DNA of 64,000 bases from NCBI GenBank assembly GCA_013416795.1, contig RQSC01000062.1, forward strand, positions 13,117-77,116, read 5' to 3'. Source of the DNA: Prasinococcaceae sp. CCMP 1430. Its lineage: Eukaryota; Plantae; Prasinodermophyta. Shown piece by piece: positions 24,066-36,131 of the stretch. The notes under the pieces are model-generated. The model ran no database searches. It was given only the letters and a program-made list of their open reading frames with translations, and was not told where the DNA came from. A program made the position numbers and the translations under genes. Every line of letters begins with the position of its first letter. The stretch's first letter is position 1.

Positions 24066-27000
24066 TTACACTACACGCGCGCCACCGCCCAGGCCATCCG
24101 CTGCGTCGTCCGCGTCCAGCAGCTCGAACTCAGCGACGACGTTGCTGCTCGCGTCGTCGGCCGACGCGTTCACGCTCGTGACTTCGGGGGGTTCTTCGCC
24201 CGCATTCTTCGCCGCGAGCGCCGTGAAGCGGCTGACGATCGCATCAGGGTCTGCCGCGGTGGGCTTGAACGTCAGGAGCTCCTCCGCGGCGCCCGCGCGG
24301 AACGCCGCCAGCATGCCTGCGAATGAACGGCTGGTCTCGATCTTGAACAGGTCGAGAGGCTCCACGCCCTCGGCAGCGGCGATGGACACACGGCTCTGCA
24401 GGCGCTGACACGCCAGGAGGTGCGCCTGCCAGACGCGGTCGAACTGGCGCATCATGACGACGACCTCGTACGACACCATCTCGGGCGCGGACGTGATCCA
24501 GCGCGTGGCGAGGAGGAAGGCGATGCGCTCCTCGTACGCCAGCTACGCGTGTGCGGTGAAGCGTCCCGTGCGGGCGCCCCAAGGTGCAGAGAGCGCTGAG
24601 TCAGCAAGGGAGCACCGACAGCTCCCACTCAACGGCGAACGCCACGCAGCGCGTCGCGACACGAGGGGGGGGGCGAAGCGGGCGCAGGACAACGCACCGT
24701 GAGTACCTCGCCCAGGTAGCCTGCAAGCAGCACTGCGGGCGAGCGCCGCAGCCCCACGCGCATCGCCTCGGCCGCGCGCGCGTCTTCGCGCGCGCCCGCC
24801 GCCGCCGCGCTCCAGGGGGGGCGCACCCTTCCGTGCAAGTCGGGGCGTTCGAAGCTGCCGCCCGCGGCCGCCGTGGCGATGAGGCGCTCAGCGGCGCCAG
24901 GCTTGCGTAGCTCCGCGAGCGCCTCAACCGCGCACGATTCGAAGTACATCTTGTGCCAGTACACCTCGTCCGAGCCGTCGCCCCTGTCAGTATCCAATGC
25001 GGACATGTCCTCGGGCGGCTCATTGCGCTCGACGCTCATGTAGAATGTGCCCTCTCTGCAAACGTCGTGAAGCTCGCACAGGAAGGACTGCAGCGCGCCA
25101 GCATCCCAATTGGATGCGCTTCGGCCGTCAGGCCCAACGAGCGCGGCGTCCACCCGCTGCCTGCACCACATCTCGAAGTACTCCGCTATGCGACGCTTGC
25201 GGGCGAGCTCGCTCTCGCAGAGGATCGCCCGCCTTGCCACGCGAGTGCGCGCCGTGCAAAGGTGCGCGTCGCGCGCGATTCGGCGAGCGTGATTGGGCGC
25301 AGGGACGGGTAGAGCGTCAGTCGCCCGGCGTTCTCAGAAAGCACGGTGAGCGCGATGGCGCTCAGTGCGCGAGGCGGTAAGCTCTCGATGTCGGCCGCGC
25401 GCACCGGGGCGCCGGCCCTCCCAGCTGCAAAGGCCAGCGCACACAAGCCGGCGCGCGGCGCCTTGTTGTGGCACCACAGCGTAGGAGGCAGCGCGTGGGA
25501 CGGTCGCGCTGCCTCCTCAAAGGTGGTGCGATCGACGCGTCTGCGGCTCTTCCGGCGCGCGCGCTGAGGGACAGGCGCCATCGGGTGTGCGCGCGCGGGC
25601 CGCTCGGGCCTCAATCTGCTCACCTCAAGTCGTATGCCCGGGCCCGCTGCTGCTCAGTGACATTCCAGAACTTGTTCATCGACTTGCGTATGCCGTACTT
25701 GAAACGCTCGACAGTCTCGAGCAGCTCGAGGATTTGCTTTTCGACGAGTGGCGACTCGATGGTGCCGCCGGTAGCGCTGTCGTCGTCTAGGATGCGCCCC
25801 AACATGCCGGCGGCGGCAGGCGGCACCGACAGGAAGACGTCGTCGCTCAGGCACAGATAGAAGTGCGTGCTGCCTGGATCGCCCTGCCGCCCTGCGCGCC
25901 CGCGCAGCTGGTTGTTGATGCGCCGGCTGCTCGAGAGCGACGCGCCGATCACGTGCAGCCCGCCCGCCTGCCGTACCTCAGAGGCGTCCTGCGCGCACAT
26001 GGCCTTGCTCGCGCGCAGGAGGGCGAGGTACGCGCGTGTGCACGCCTGCACGGCAGCCTCGTAGGCCGCGGCGGCGATGCGGTCGTCTGCCGGCCGCCGC
26101 CGCGCGTCAGCCTCGCTTGAGCGCACGCGGCCGCCTGTCTCGGCTCGCTCCATTGCAGAGAGGAGCAGCGTGCGCGCGTCCTCAAGCAGGTCGTCCTGCG
26201 TCCCCATGACCGCGGCCAGCTCATCGGGATCGCCGCCGCTGACAGCGAAGTTGACACCCGCAGTGAGGCGCGCCGAGAAGAGAGCGCGCACTGCCGTGCG
26301 CGCCTCGTCCAGCGCGCGTTCGGCGGCCTCGTCCAGGTAGTCCCCTATGAAGTTGCTCGCGGCTGCTGACGGCAGCGGCGGCGGCGTAGCGTGCGGCGCG
26401 TTGGGTAGCGCAACCGGCAGCAGGCGTCGCCGCAGCTCGTACTTGGCAAGGCCCTCGGGGTTGCCCCCAAGTAGGATGTCAGTGCCACGTCCCGCCATGT
26501 TGGTCGAGATGGTGATGGCGCCTCCGCGGCCAGCCTGCGCCACGATGTCCGCCTCGCGCTCAACGTACTGCGGGCGCGCATTGAGGATGACAAACTCGAA
26601 CGAGTCCGTCTCGCCCGGCGGCTCCGCACCCATTAGGCGCGCATACTCCTTGAGCTGTTCGCGCGGGTACAAGGCCAACGCCTGCAGGCGGCGTGCAACC
26701 GCCTCGCTCTCCTCGACGGTTTGCGTCCCTACCAGCACGGGCCTCCCCTTGCAGTGCTCCGCGAAAATCTCCCAGACCACCTCGTCGAGCTTGACGTCCT
26801 GGGAGGAGCACAGCGAGGTCTCCCAGTCCCGGCGCACACGCTCGCGGTTGGGCGGCACGGTCACCACATCGAGCGCATACGTATCGAAAAACTCGACGCG
26901 CTCGGTGGCGCCTGTGCCTGTCATGCCACTGAGGCGCCCGCCGTACAGGTTGAAGAGGTCCTGGTATGTAATCGAGGCAGCGTGGTGCTGGTCCTCCTGC

Positions 27001-28429
27001 ACTTCCAGCCCCTCCTTCGCCTCGACGGCTACATGCAGGTTGTCAGTCCACCGCCGTCCGGGCGTGGCGCGCCCGGTGTACTCGTCGACGATGACCACCT
27101 CATTGTCACGGACGATGTACTGCTTGTCGCGCAGGTAGTGCTCCTTGGCGCGCACGGCGGTCACCACGTCGAGGCCCCAAGGCGCTGTGCCCTCCCACAA
27201 CGCGCCGGGCCGCGTCTGGTCGACGTGGTCGGCGAGCAGCGCGGTCGCGGCCACATTGCCCGCCTCGGTGAGCTCAGCGCTCATCTCGCGCCGGTCGACT
27301 GTGTAGTGCTCGTCGAGCTTGAGCTGCGCAGCGACTGCCGCGGCAGCGCGCGCGCGCGTCGCAACGCCCTCCGCGGAGTGGGCGATGATCAGCGGGTTGC
27401 GCCCCTCGTCAACGAGCACGGAGTCAACCTCGTCGACAACGCAGAAGTTGAAGGGCTCGGCGCGCATGACAAGCAGGTGTGGCGCGACAGCCATTCCGTC
27501 GCGCAGGTAGTCGAATCCCAGCTCTGAGTTGGTCACAAACGTCACGTCGCACGCGTATGCCTCGCGTCGCTCGTCGGGCGTGTCGTCGCGCTGGATGACG
27601 CCCACGGTCAGCCCGAGGAAGCGGTAGACCTTGCCCACCCATTCGGCGTCTCGGCGCGCGAGATAGTCATTTACCGTCACCATATGCACGCCCTGGCGTC
27701 GATGTGCGAGCGCAGGCACGCGTGCGCGCAAGGACAGAGAGAAACGGTGAACGCAGACAGTTGCGCGTCAGCTGGCCACAGTAGGGTTTGCACATGGGCG
27801 CGCAGCGGGCGGCGCATGGCCAACCCGGGGGCGGGCACAGCATGAGCGCCACCCGGACCTTGCCTGCCAGCGCGTACAGGAAGACTGGAAGCGTCGCGAC
27901 GAGTGTCTTGCCCTCGCCCGTGCCCATCTCGGCGATCTTGCCTGCGGCGAGGCACGCGCCGCCGATCATCTGCACGCGAAAGTGGCGCAGGCCGAGCACG
28001 CGGCGGGCCGCCTCACGCACGAGCGCAAACGCGCGCGCCATGAGCTGCGCCTCCGTGGCCTCGCCGGATACGACTGCCTCGCGCATCTCACGCGCGAGCG
28101 CACGCAGCTGGTCATCCCCCATCTCACGCAGTACATCCTCGCACGCATCTGCTTCGTCCGCAACGCGCTCGTAGGGCGCGAGCGCCGCTGCCGAGCTGCC
28201 GCCCGCAGACGCGCCCGCCTCGTACAGGAGCCACGAGGCGAGCCGACCGGCGCGCGCGAAGGGTGAGGTGGTGGCTCCTTTGCTTCCACTACCAGAGCCC
28301 TCGGCCGCAACCGCTACCGTCTCTGCCGCCGCTGCCACTGTCGGCCGCGCAGCACCTCGCCACCGCTGCCGCCGCCGACGACCGCCCCCAGCTGCAAGCG
28401 CGCCAACGCGCGCGCTGCCGGCCGGCGGC
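24066..28429 (-). CDS. SECA2: Plastid preprotein translocase SecA, SecA2 (inner-envelope) type; 5' end lost at N 28430
   Basis: Exons (28429)-27859, 27692-25624, 25232-24707 and 24542-24066 are phase-compatible. Motifs: [31 protein letters not shown] (EGRNPL is SecA2-like; SecA1 has EARTPL), [41 protein letters not shown], and a C-terminal [17 protein letters not shown] scaffold helix. A transit-peptide-like Ala/Arg/Ser N-terminus starts at the N. Confidence 0.93.
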
Positions 28430-28430
28430 N

Positions 28431-30449
28431 CTCGCCGTCTTCCGCCTCATCCTCGGCCGCAGCCCCGGCCGAGGCCTCGGCCGCGCGCGTGCGCTTCGAC
28501 GCACCGCCGCCAGCGCCGCCGCCAGCGCCGCCCGCCACCGCGCCCGCGGCTGGCACGGCCTCCGCCCCGCCGGGCACGACCTCCACAACCTCGAGCGCCA
28601 GCGCAAGGTCGGCCTCCGCCCAGCCCGAGAGAAGCTTATTCGCAGATCCGCCGAGCGCGGCGCGCACCTCCGCGACGCCCTCGATCAGTGTGCCACTGCC
28701 CGCGCCGATCTTCCTGTTCTCGAGCTCCTTGGCTACTTCGCCGCGCAGCTGTACAAGCGCGTCGAGCGCGTCTTGCCGCACATCTTCGAACAGCTCCCGC
28801 GGCGTGCTGCCAGATTCAGTGAGCAGCATATTGGCATACTCAGTCGACCCCCGTAGTGACGAGAGCACGCTGGCCCAGCTCACCGCCGCGATGGGCTCGT
28901 CCTTGCCCCTTCGCCCGTCGAGGAGCGCCAAAAACGCGCAGCGCGCCTTCCGGTCGCGCCGACGGGCATCGCCGCGCTTGCCAGCACGCTGGCGCTCATC
29001 AGCCTCGTATGCACCTCGCACGACGTCTTCGTACACCTCCATTCGCTCGAGCGCACTCATAGACGCCATTGCGCTCGCGACATCCTCGGCGCCCTCAGCC
29101 TCGGCCAACCGACGCGCCTCGGCGTCAGCCGCCGCGTCGAGCGCCTGACGTTGCCTCCGCCACGACGCTTCGCGCGTGCGATGACGGTCCCCAGCCCGAC
29201 TACCCTCCCCATCCAGACCACCAGTCGCCTGAAAAGCTGCATCGCACAGCGCGCGGAAAGCCTCGCGCGCCTTGCCGCGCGCGGCGCGCGCCTTTGCCTC
29301 AGCCTTGGCCGCCGCGTCGGCCGCCCAGTCGAGGTAGATGTCGGCGCGAGTCTCGTGAGCGAGCGCGCTGCGAAGGGTGTCGAAACGAGCGTCGTCGCGC
29401 ATGACGGCCTCCGCCTCGCGCACGCTCATGCGCGGCTTGAGCGCGGGGGTTGCATCGAGCAGCTCGGCGAAGCGCTTGCGGTTGGCCATCTCAGTCTTGC
29501 GCGCTTCTGCCGCCTCCGGCTTGCGGCGTCGCTCCTGCCACTCCTTTGCCACATGCCTTCGCTCCGCGTTCGAAGGCAGCGCGTGCCAGCGCCCGTCGGC
29601 CGATGCCAGTCTCGAGACCTTCTCCCAGCTGTCGGTGGAGCGCACGCCCGCATCCGCCAGCGCGGCCTCGAACGCCTCCCGTGCCTCGGCCTTGTTCGCG
29701 TACTCCGCCTTGGTGTTGACCTCAATCGCCGCGCCACCAGCCACAGGCAGTGCCGATGCCGCCGCGGGCGCGGGCGCGGGCACGAGCACTGGCGGCCCCA
29801 CCTCTGGCGCAAGGCCAGCCATGGCTCTCTCCGCCGCACGCTTCCCGCCCTCGGTCACCACGCGCAGCATCTCCCTGGCTTTGGCAAGCTCCCCAGGGAT
29901 GCGCCACACGGTCTCGTTTCGCTCCTTGTGATGGAAGTAGGGCTTGCCGTCCGCGTCTTTGAACTCCTTCCAGCCGGTGGCGGCGTCAGCCTTCTCGGCC
30001 GCGCTCTGCAGCTCGGCAGGCTTCTCGTACGTGCTCACTTTGGTTATGCAATTGTGCCAGTAGAGCGCGCCGTCGGCTCCTTTCACCTCGATCCACGTCT
30101 TCTCGGGCTGCGCCGCGTTGCGCGGGGTGGGCGAAAGGGAGCGCCGTCAGCCGCCCAGAGCGGATGCGGCGCGGCGGTGCGGCAATCGCAATGGCGCTCA
30201 GCTCAGCTGCATCTGATCGGCGCTCGCTGCGGCTCGCGTGCGACGCCTCACGCGTACCTTGTCGGCATCGGGCTGCTGTGTCGGTGGCGGGCCAGGGGGT
30301 GGCGGCATGGCGGGCGGCGGCATGGCGGGCGGCGCCATCTGAGGGTGCATCCCGTGCAGCGGCAGCGGCACGCCTGGCGGCCCGCGCATCATCGGAGCGC
30401 CCGGCATCATCGCACCCGGCGGCATCGCGCCCATCGCGCCCGGAGGCAT
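28431..30449 (-). CDS. PRP40: Pre-mRNA processing factor 40 (two WW domains plus FF domains); 3' end lost at N 28430
   Basis: Pro/Met-rich exon (probable ATG 30449 to 30258), intron GTACGC..CAG 30257-30108, then WW domains (WIEVKGADGALYWHN; WKEFKDADGKPYFHH..TVW) and FF-like repeats ending SGSTPRELFED. Confidence 0.88.
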
Positions 30450-30785
30450 CGCACCCCGGAACGTCGATTTCGGCGCGGGCGCTCCGGAAAGTTCGGTCGA
30501 GCGCGGAGCGCTATCGGCCGCCACACAGCGCGCGCGCGCTGCGCAGCAGGGCGCGCGGGCGGCNAAGGCGGCGCTCTGTGCCGCGCGCGCCAGGCCCGCG
30601 TGGAAGTCCACTCGCGCCTCGACGGCGCGCAGCGCGCGAACGATGCCGCGCAGTGCCTCCGCGTCAGCGGCGCGGCCGGCGGCGCACACAACGGGGAGGG
30701 CGGCGGGGTGGCGGGCGCGGGCGGCGGGGGCGGGCAGTACGCTGGCGTGGGCGAGGGCGAGGAGGGCGCGGAGTGCAGCGTGGCC

Positions 30786-31424
30786 ATGTGGGTCGGAACA
30801 CTGCTACTCTTGCTCGCAGCGTTGACGGCTTTCGGAGTGCACGCCGCCAGCGAGCCGCTCGGTGGAGCGGGCATGCCTCCGCCCATGTGCCAGTGGGAGG
30901 AGCACGCCTACTGGGCGGGGTCAGTGTCGACGCTCGACGGCGGCGAGCTGCTTACGCTCACGTGGAAGGCGTCACAAGGTGCGCCCGCCCTCTGTCGCGA
31001 GCCTCTGTCGCGAGCGTGCGACGACGACGCACTGCGCCGCGCCATGCCGCGTGGCTTGCGCCTTGCTTGCGTCAAGCCTCGATTTGCCTCGCCTTCAAGT
31101 GAGAGCGCACTCGACATCCAGCGCACCCCGCACTGACGGCGTGCGCGCGTGCGGCCCCCTCTCTCCTCTTTCCCTGTGCTGCCAACTACGGCAGGCGTGT
31201 GGCAGTGGGGCAACATGGACCTTCCTGCGCAGCCCGACGACGAGATGCTGCCAACAGGGGCTGTGAGTCTGGGCGCGATCGCGCGCCAGAGTGGGCGCTG
31301 CGACGAGTATCTCACAGCGCGGGGCGAGGAAGCAGCAGCGGACGATGCGAAGGGCGGCGGGGGCGCAGAGGAGAGCGGCAGCGGGGGCTGGGAGCGCAGG
31401 GATCACGCCGGCGGGGCGTGGTAG
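30786..31424 (+). CDS. Small (~140 aa) secreted Trp-rich hypothetical protein
   Basis: Exons 30786-30978 and 31195-31424 join via a phase-1 GTGCGC..CAG intron. The signal peptide is MWVGTLLLLLAALTAFGVHA. I recognise no domain. Confidence 0.65.
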
Positions 31425-31462
31425 CGCCGAAATACATGTACAGTAATGATGCGTGATGCCAC

Positions 31463-33871
31463 TTACTCACTGCCACTGCCGACTCCGGTGTCGTCCTCTC
31501 CCTCGCCGTCCTCTACCAAGAGTTTATCGTCGATGAACTCTTGGTAGAGACGCATGACGGCGTCGAGCAGGCAGACGATGAGCGGTGCCGAGATAGCGCC
31601 CAGCAGTAAGTCGTCGAACGCCCACATTCCTGAGAACACGCTCAGGCCGATGAGGTAGGGGTGCGATCCCGGTATCTCCGAGTAGATCGCGTCCGTGGCA
31701 TCCCCGCACACGTACACATGCAGAGCAACGAGAACTGCACCTGCCCCGCCTCGGCCACCCGCTACCAGCTGCAGGGCCGCAGGCACCGACACCATCCACG
31801 CAGACAGCACGGGCATGACGCTCAGAAAGGACGCGGCCGCCGCGCCCAGGTACACAAAACGCTCGACGCCGAACACCGAGAAAGTCAACCATGCGAAGAG
31901 AGCGTGGAAGGCCGCCATCTTGAAGGTGGACGCAAGCACGCCGCGCACGGCACCTTCGAGCGCGGATGATACGCGCACACGGTGGCGTGCACTTAACGGT
32001 AGCGGCGCGACGGCCATCTCCACCGCGGTGCGTTCGGCAGCCAGCAGGTAGTAGAAGACGCTCAAAAAGACGACCAGCTTGAACGCGCCCGAGGCGATGC
32101 CCATGAGCTGGAGCGCCACCCAGTTGGCCGCATTCGTCGCGAGTGCGGCGCTGCCACCGGCGACGTTCCTTGCAGCGCCCAACAGGTGGTCGGCGCTCTG
32201 CCGGAGCGGCTCGAGCGCCACTGACGCCTGGTCGCGTACGTCGGCGTCGATCTTCGAGAGCGCGGCTCGCGCGTGGTGGACGGCGTCGCTCAGGTCGAGC
32301 GCGCGGATCGAGCGATCCAGACCTGCCAGCTCGGCCACGAATCCCTCGGAAAGCAGCTGCAGCTGCCGCCGTGGGTGGGTAGCAGGACGTCGCGCCTCGC
32401 CGGCCGCGCCAGCCGCCGCACTTCCACCAGTACCCTCCTCCGTCACACTCGTCGCGGCGAGTCCCAGCGCGGTGGCAGCGTCATCCTGCGCCTCATCACC
32501 GATGCCCATGCCCTCTGCCCCGGCATACTGGTGCCAAATGAGCGCCATGTCTTCTGCAAGCGTCGTGAGGTTGTACTCGGCCACGATGGCGTCTAGCCGT
32601 TGGTGCAGCATGTCAGCGGCCATGGGAGCGTACTGCTCGTACGCCGACAGCAGCGCCGCATTGTCCTTGACGACGCCATGCAGCACCGCCGCCAGCTCAT
32701 GCCCTTCGCTGGCGATCCGCACGGTGAAGAATACCCCAACAACTACGGCCACAAGGAAGAGCCCCACCACCAGACCAGCCGCCACTGCGGTGTCTATTGC
32801 CGGCTCCAGCGAGGCGCGCACACCTGCGTCGGCAGCGGACAGGACATCGAGGCACCAGCTGAAAATGCCGCCGAGGCCTTCTTCCTCGCCCTCATCTCCC
32901 CCGGCATCGCTTTCCCCCTCGCTACCGACGGTACGGGGCGTGAACTCGTCGCCGGGTGTCACGCGGTGGCCTTGGGCCGTATCCGGCGTGCGAAGCGGCG
33001 TCAAGCCCGTCAACGCCTTCGCACCGCCCCCGGTCCCGCCCCAGGTCCGCGACCAGCGTGCCGTCGCTAGCAGGTATAAGAGATAGACGATTGTCGGCGC
33101 CACGGCGACGCCGAGCACGCTGAGCGCGAGCGGGACGAGCGCGGCGCGCCACACCCAAGCGCAGTACAGCAGGGACGCCCGCAGCAGCCAGAGGAAGTGG
33201 CGGTCCGAGGACCGCCTGGCAGCGGTGGTCGCGGTGCCGTTAGTGGCGGTGCCGCCACCGACAAAGTCGCCCTCGTCAGCGCCCAGCGCACACGCCGGGC
33301 TCTCCGCAGTGGCGGGCCGTCGCCGGCGCACGAGCGCTCGGCCTATCGTGCTCTTGGGCGAGAAGGGGCTCAGGGTGAACTTCGCGCGGCTGCCCGCGCT
33401 CGTGCCGCCACACGTAGGGCGCGGTGTGGTCGCGGCACGCGCCGCCGCGACAGGCCGCCGCACGATAGCCGCCAGGTCGGTCGCCGTGTCGCGGCACGCC
33501 TGCGCGAACGCCAGGAGCGGCGCGCTTGCGGCTGCAGCGAGCGAGTGCCTCAGGCACTGTCTGAGGTAGGCTGCGCCACCGACCTTGGCACCTCGCAGCG
33601 CGACCGAGCACAGCAGGGCGTACAGCAGCGGGCCACGAAAATCGGCGAGCATGCCATTAATCTGCCAGAGAGCCGCTGCCGCGGCGGCCACCAGCAGCTG
33701 CGCGAACACGACAGCGACGGCAGTCTGCGTGGCCGCCGCAGACGCGCCGCGCCGCCGCCGCCGCGCTCTGTGCCGGCTCGCCCCGCCATCGCTGCCGCGG
33801 ACGCCGGCGGCGTCGGGCGGCGCGATGCGCGCCGTCCGCCTCCTTGCGCGCGTCCCATCGGCGGGAGCCAT
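31463..33871 (-). CDS. TMEM245: TMEM245-family multi-pass membrane protein
   Basis: Long ORF with probable ATG 33871. It has many TM segments, the N-terminal motif FRGPLLYALLCSVALRG, and a C-terminal AI-2E/PerM-like block (LASTFKMAAFHALFAWLT..IPGSHPYLIGLSVFSG..GAISAPLIVC). Confidence 0.85.
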   Translation of the reverse strand: MAPADGTRARRRTARIAPPDAAGVRGSDGGASRHRARRRRRGASAAATQTAVAVVFAQLLVAAAAAALWQINGMLADFRGPLLYALLCSVALRGAKVGGAAYLRQCLRHSLAAAASAPLLAFAQACRDTATDLAAIVRRPVAAARAATTPRPTCGGTSAGSRAKFTLSPFSPKSTIGRALVRRRRPATAESPACALGADEGDFVGGGTATNGTATTAARRSSDRHFLWLLRASLLYCAWVWRAALVPLALSVLGVAVAPTIVYLLYLLATARWSRTWGGTGGGAKALTGLTPLRTPDTAQGHRVTPGDEFTPRTVGSEGESDAGGDEGEEEGLGGIFSWCLDVLSAADAGVRASLEPAIDTAVAAGLVVGLFLVAVVVGVFFTVRIASEGHELAAVLHGVVKDNAALLSAYEQYAPMAADMLHQRLDAIVAEYNLTTLAEDMALIWHQYAGAEGMGIGDEAQDDAATALGLAATSVTEEGTGGSAAAGAAGEARRPATHPRRQLQLLSEGFVAELAGLDRSIRALDLSDAVHHARAALSKIDADVRDQASVALEPLRQSADHLLGAARNVAGGSAALATNAANWVALQLMGIASGAFKLVVFLSVFYYLLAAERTAVEMAVAPLPLSARHRVRVSSALEGAVRGVLASTFKMAAFHALFAWLTFSVFGVERFVYLGAAAASFLSVMPVLSAWMVSVPAALQLVAGGRGGAGAVLVALHVYVCGDATDAIYSEIPGSHPYLIGLSVFSGMWAFDDLLLGAISAPLIVCLLDAVMRLYQEFIDDKLLVEDGEGEDDTGVGSGSE

Positions 33872-34032
33872 CGCACCCCGCGCCCGCGCCCCCTCGCCGG
33901 CGCCCCCACCGCCTCCTCCCCTCTCCCGTGTGCGGTGTGACCGTGAGCGCGCGCGCTCGCACCCGGCGTTCGTAATTCGGAACCGCTCCGCCATCAAAAC
34001 CAACGCCGCCGATCGCTCGACCAAAAATGATG

Positions 34033-34041
34033 AACCCTAAA
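34033..34041 (+). promoter_or_regulatory. Telo-box-like motif (AACCCTAAA) in the TMEM245/gatB divergent promoter
   Basis: Matches the plant telomere-repeat promoter element and lies in an AT-rich island between head-to-head genes. Function is inferred. Confidence 0.45.
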
Positions 34042-34176
34042 CAAAAACCTTATTTCGTTTCGCGACGCGACGGGTGCCTCCGTGTGACGCCTTATCGTAT
34101 TGGTGGTCTAGCGCACATGTAACCACGGGCGACTCATGTTCCCGGACGGCTTTTAAAATGATTTTTGACCTGAGGT

Positions 34177-35918
34177 TTGGGTTCGGGTGTGCGAGCGCGG
34201 GCGCGGGCGCGCCAGCGAAGCGGCCGCGCGGCGCGAGGGCTTTCCGCGCCGCTGGCGATCGCGGCCGGCGCGCCCGTCGCGGCCGGCGCGGACACGGACA
34301 TCGCGGATGCCGCTGCGGGCGCCGCGGCTTACGAGACCATCTGCGGCATCGAGACGCACGTGCAGCTCGCGACGCGCACCAAGGCGTTCTGCGCGTGCGA
34401 ACTGAGCTTCGGCGCCGCGCCCAACACGCACACGTGCCCTGTGTGCCTCGGTCACCCGGGCACACTGCCGGTGCTCAACGACGCCGTCGTCGACGCGGCC
34501 GTCAAGCTCGGGCTTGCGCTGGGAGGACAGCTGCGCAGGGTCTCCAAGTTCGACAGGAAGCAGTACTTCTACCCGGACCTGCCCAAGGGCTACCAAATTT
34601 CGCAGTACGACGAGCCTATCGTCGACGGCGGCATGCTCAAGGTGACGATCCCCGGCGAGAAGGTGCGCAGCGCGCTGCGCTCGCGCGTGCGCGAGTCCCC
34701 GCGCCCGCCGCCGCCCTGCCCGCGGCATTGCGCGTGCTCACCCCTGGCCTCCGTCCTCCTCCGCCGCTGCTGCAGGGGTCGAACAAGGCCGATAAGATCG
34801 AGTTTACCATCGAGCGAGTGCACATGGAGGAGGACTCGGGCAAGCTCAACCACCAGGGGTCGGAGGGGCGGCTCAAGGGCTCAACGCACTCGCTTGCGGA
34901 CTACAACCGAGCGGGCACGCCCCTGCTGGAGGTAGTCTCCGGGCCGGACATGCGCTGCGGCCGCGATGCTGCGGAATACGCCGCCGAGCTGCAGCGAACG
35001 GTGCGCTTCCTTGGCATATCCGACGGCAACATGGCCGAGGGATCCCTCCGCTGCGACGTGAACGTCTCCGTGCGCAAGCCCGGCGAGCCTTTCGGCACCA
35101 AGGTGGAGGTGAAGAACCTCAACTCATTTTCCGCCATGGAGAAGGCCGTCGAGTACGAGCGCGCGCGCCAGATCGCGCTGCTCGAGGAGGGTCGCGGCGA
35201 TGAGATTGTTCAGGAAACACGCCTCTGGGAGGAGGGCGCCCAGGTGACCGTCTCCATGCGCAAGAAGGAGGGCCTCGCTGACTACCGGTACTTTCCCGAG
35301 CCCGACCTGCCCGCGGTGCAGCTCACCGACGAGCGGCTCGCGCGCTGCGAGGAGGATATGGGCGAGCTGCCGTGGCAGCGCAGGGAGCGCTACGAGGCTC
35401 TCGGGCTGCCCATGGACGACGTGCTGCTGCTGGCGGACGCCAAAGCGACCGGCGACTACTTCGACGCCGTGCTGGCCGAGGGCGCCGAGCCCAAGGCCGC
35501 AGCCAATTGGATCATGGGCGACATCATGGGATACCTGAAGGCGGAGAAGCTCACCTTCAGTGCGCTCTACGACACGCTCTCGCCGCAGCGCCTTGCAGAG
35601 CTCGTGAAGCTCATTGCCGACGGGACAGTGAGCGGCAAGATCGCCAAGGAGCTCCTGCCCGAGCTGCTCACGGAGGGTGGCTCGCCTGCAGCGCTCGTGG
35701 ATGAGCGTGGTTTGGGAATGGTGTCGGATGAGGGTGCCATCGAGGCCATGATCGACGAGATCATGGCGGCCAACCCCAGTCAGCTCGAGGCCTACCGCTC
35801 GGGGAAGACCAAGATGCAGGGCTTCTTCATGGGGCAGGTGATGAAGGCCTCGGGTGGCAAGGTCGACCCGGCGCTGACGAACAAGTTGCTCGCGAAGAAG
35901 CTCAAGGGGGACGCATGA
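34177..35918 (+). CDS. gatB: Organellar Glu-tRNA(Gln) amidotransferase subunit B
   Basis: Exons ~34177-34662 and 34776-35918, with intron GTGCGC..CAG 34663-34775. Motifs: [86 protein letters not shown]. The start codon is unresolved. Confidence 0.95.
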
Positions 35919-36131
35919 GTGTACAAAGAATACTACAGTAATTAATTAAGCTCGGTGGTCGCAGGAGAGTGCCGGAGCCGTCCGCGCCGCCTCGCCCCCT
36001 TGCGACACCCTTGCGCGGGGGCCGCGGATGCCGCGAGCGCGTACGCCGCGCTGCGCGCCACCCGACCGGGCGCGCGCAGTCGCCCTGCGTCCCGTCGCGG
36101 ACTTTCCAGCTCCTCGCTCCACCGATACAAT

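Noticed and set aside
25233-25623. Longest intron (391 nt, SecA2) with open frames on both strands: possible nested gene or cassette exon
   Set aside because: The internal acceptor is out of phase and leads to a stop. Direct splicing gives the conserved YDLR-RAIL junction. I recognise no motif in the open frames.
28314-30086. ORF suggesting that PRP40 overlaps or fuses with SecA2
   Set aside because: It reads across the single N at 28430, an assembly join.
29151-31136. 661-aa plus-strand ORF and similar long antisense/shadow ORFs (e.g. 1725-3179, 15564-16982, 42361-43854, 54662-55726)
   Set aside because: They are Arg/Ala/Pro-rich, motif-free shadows of real genes, expected in ~70% GC DNA where stop codons are rare. 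Only the last part of 29151-31136 is real (exon 1 of the secreted protein).
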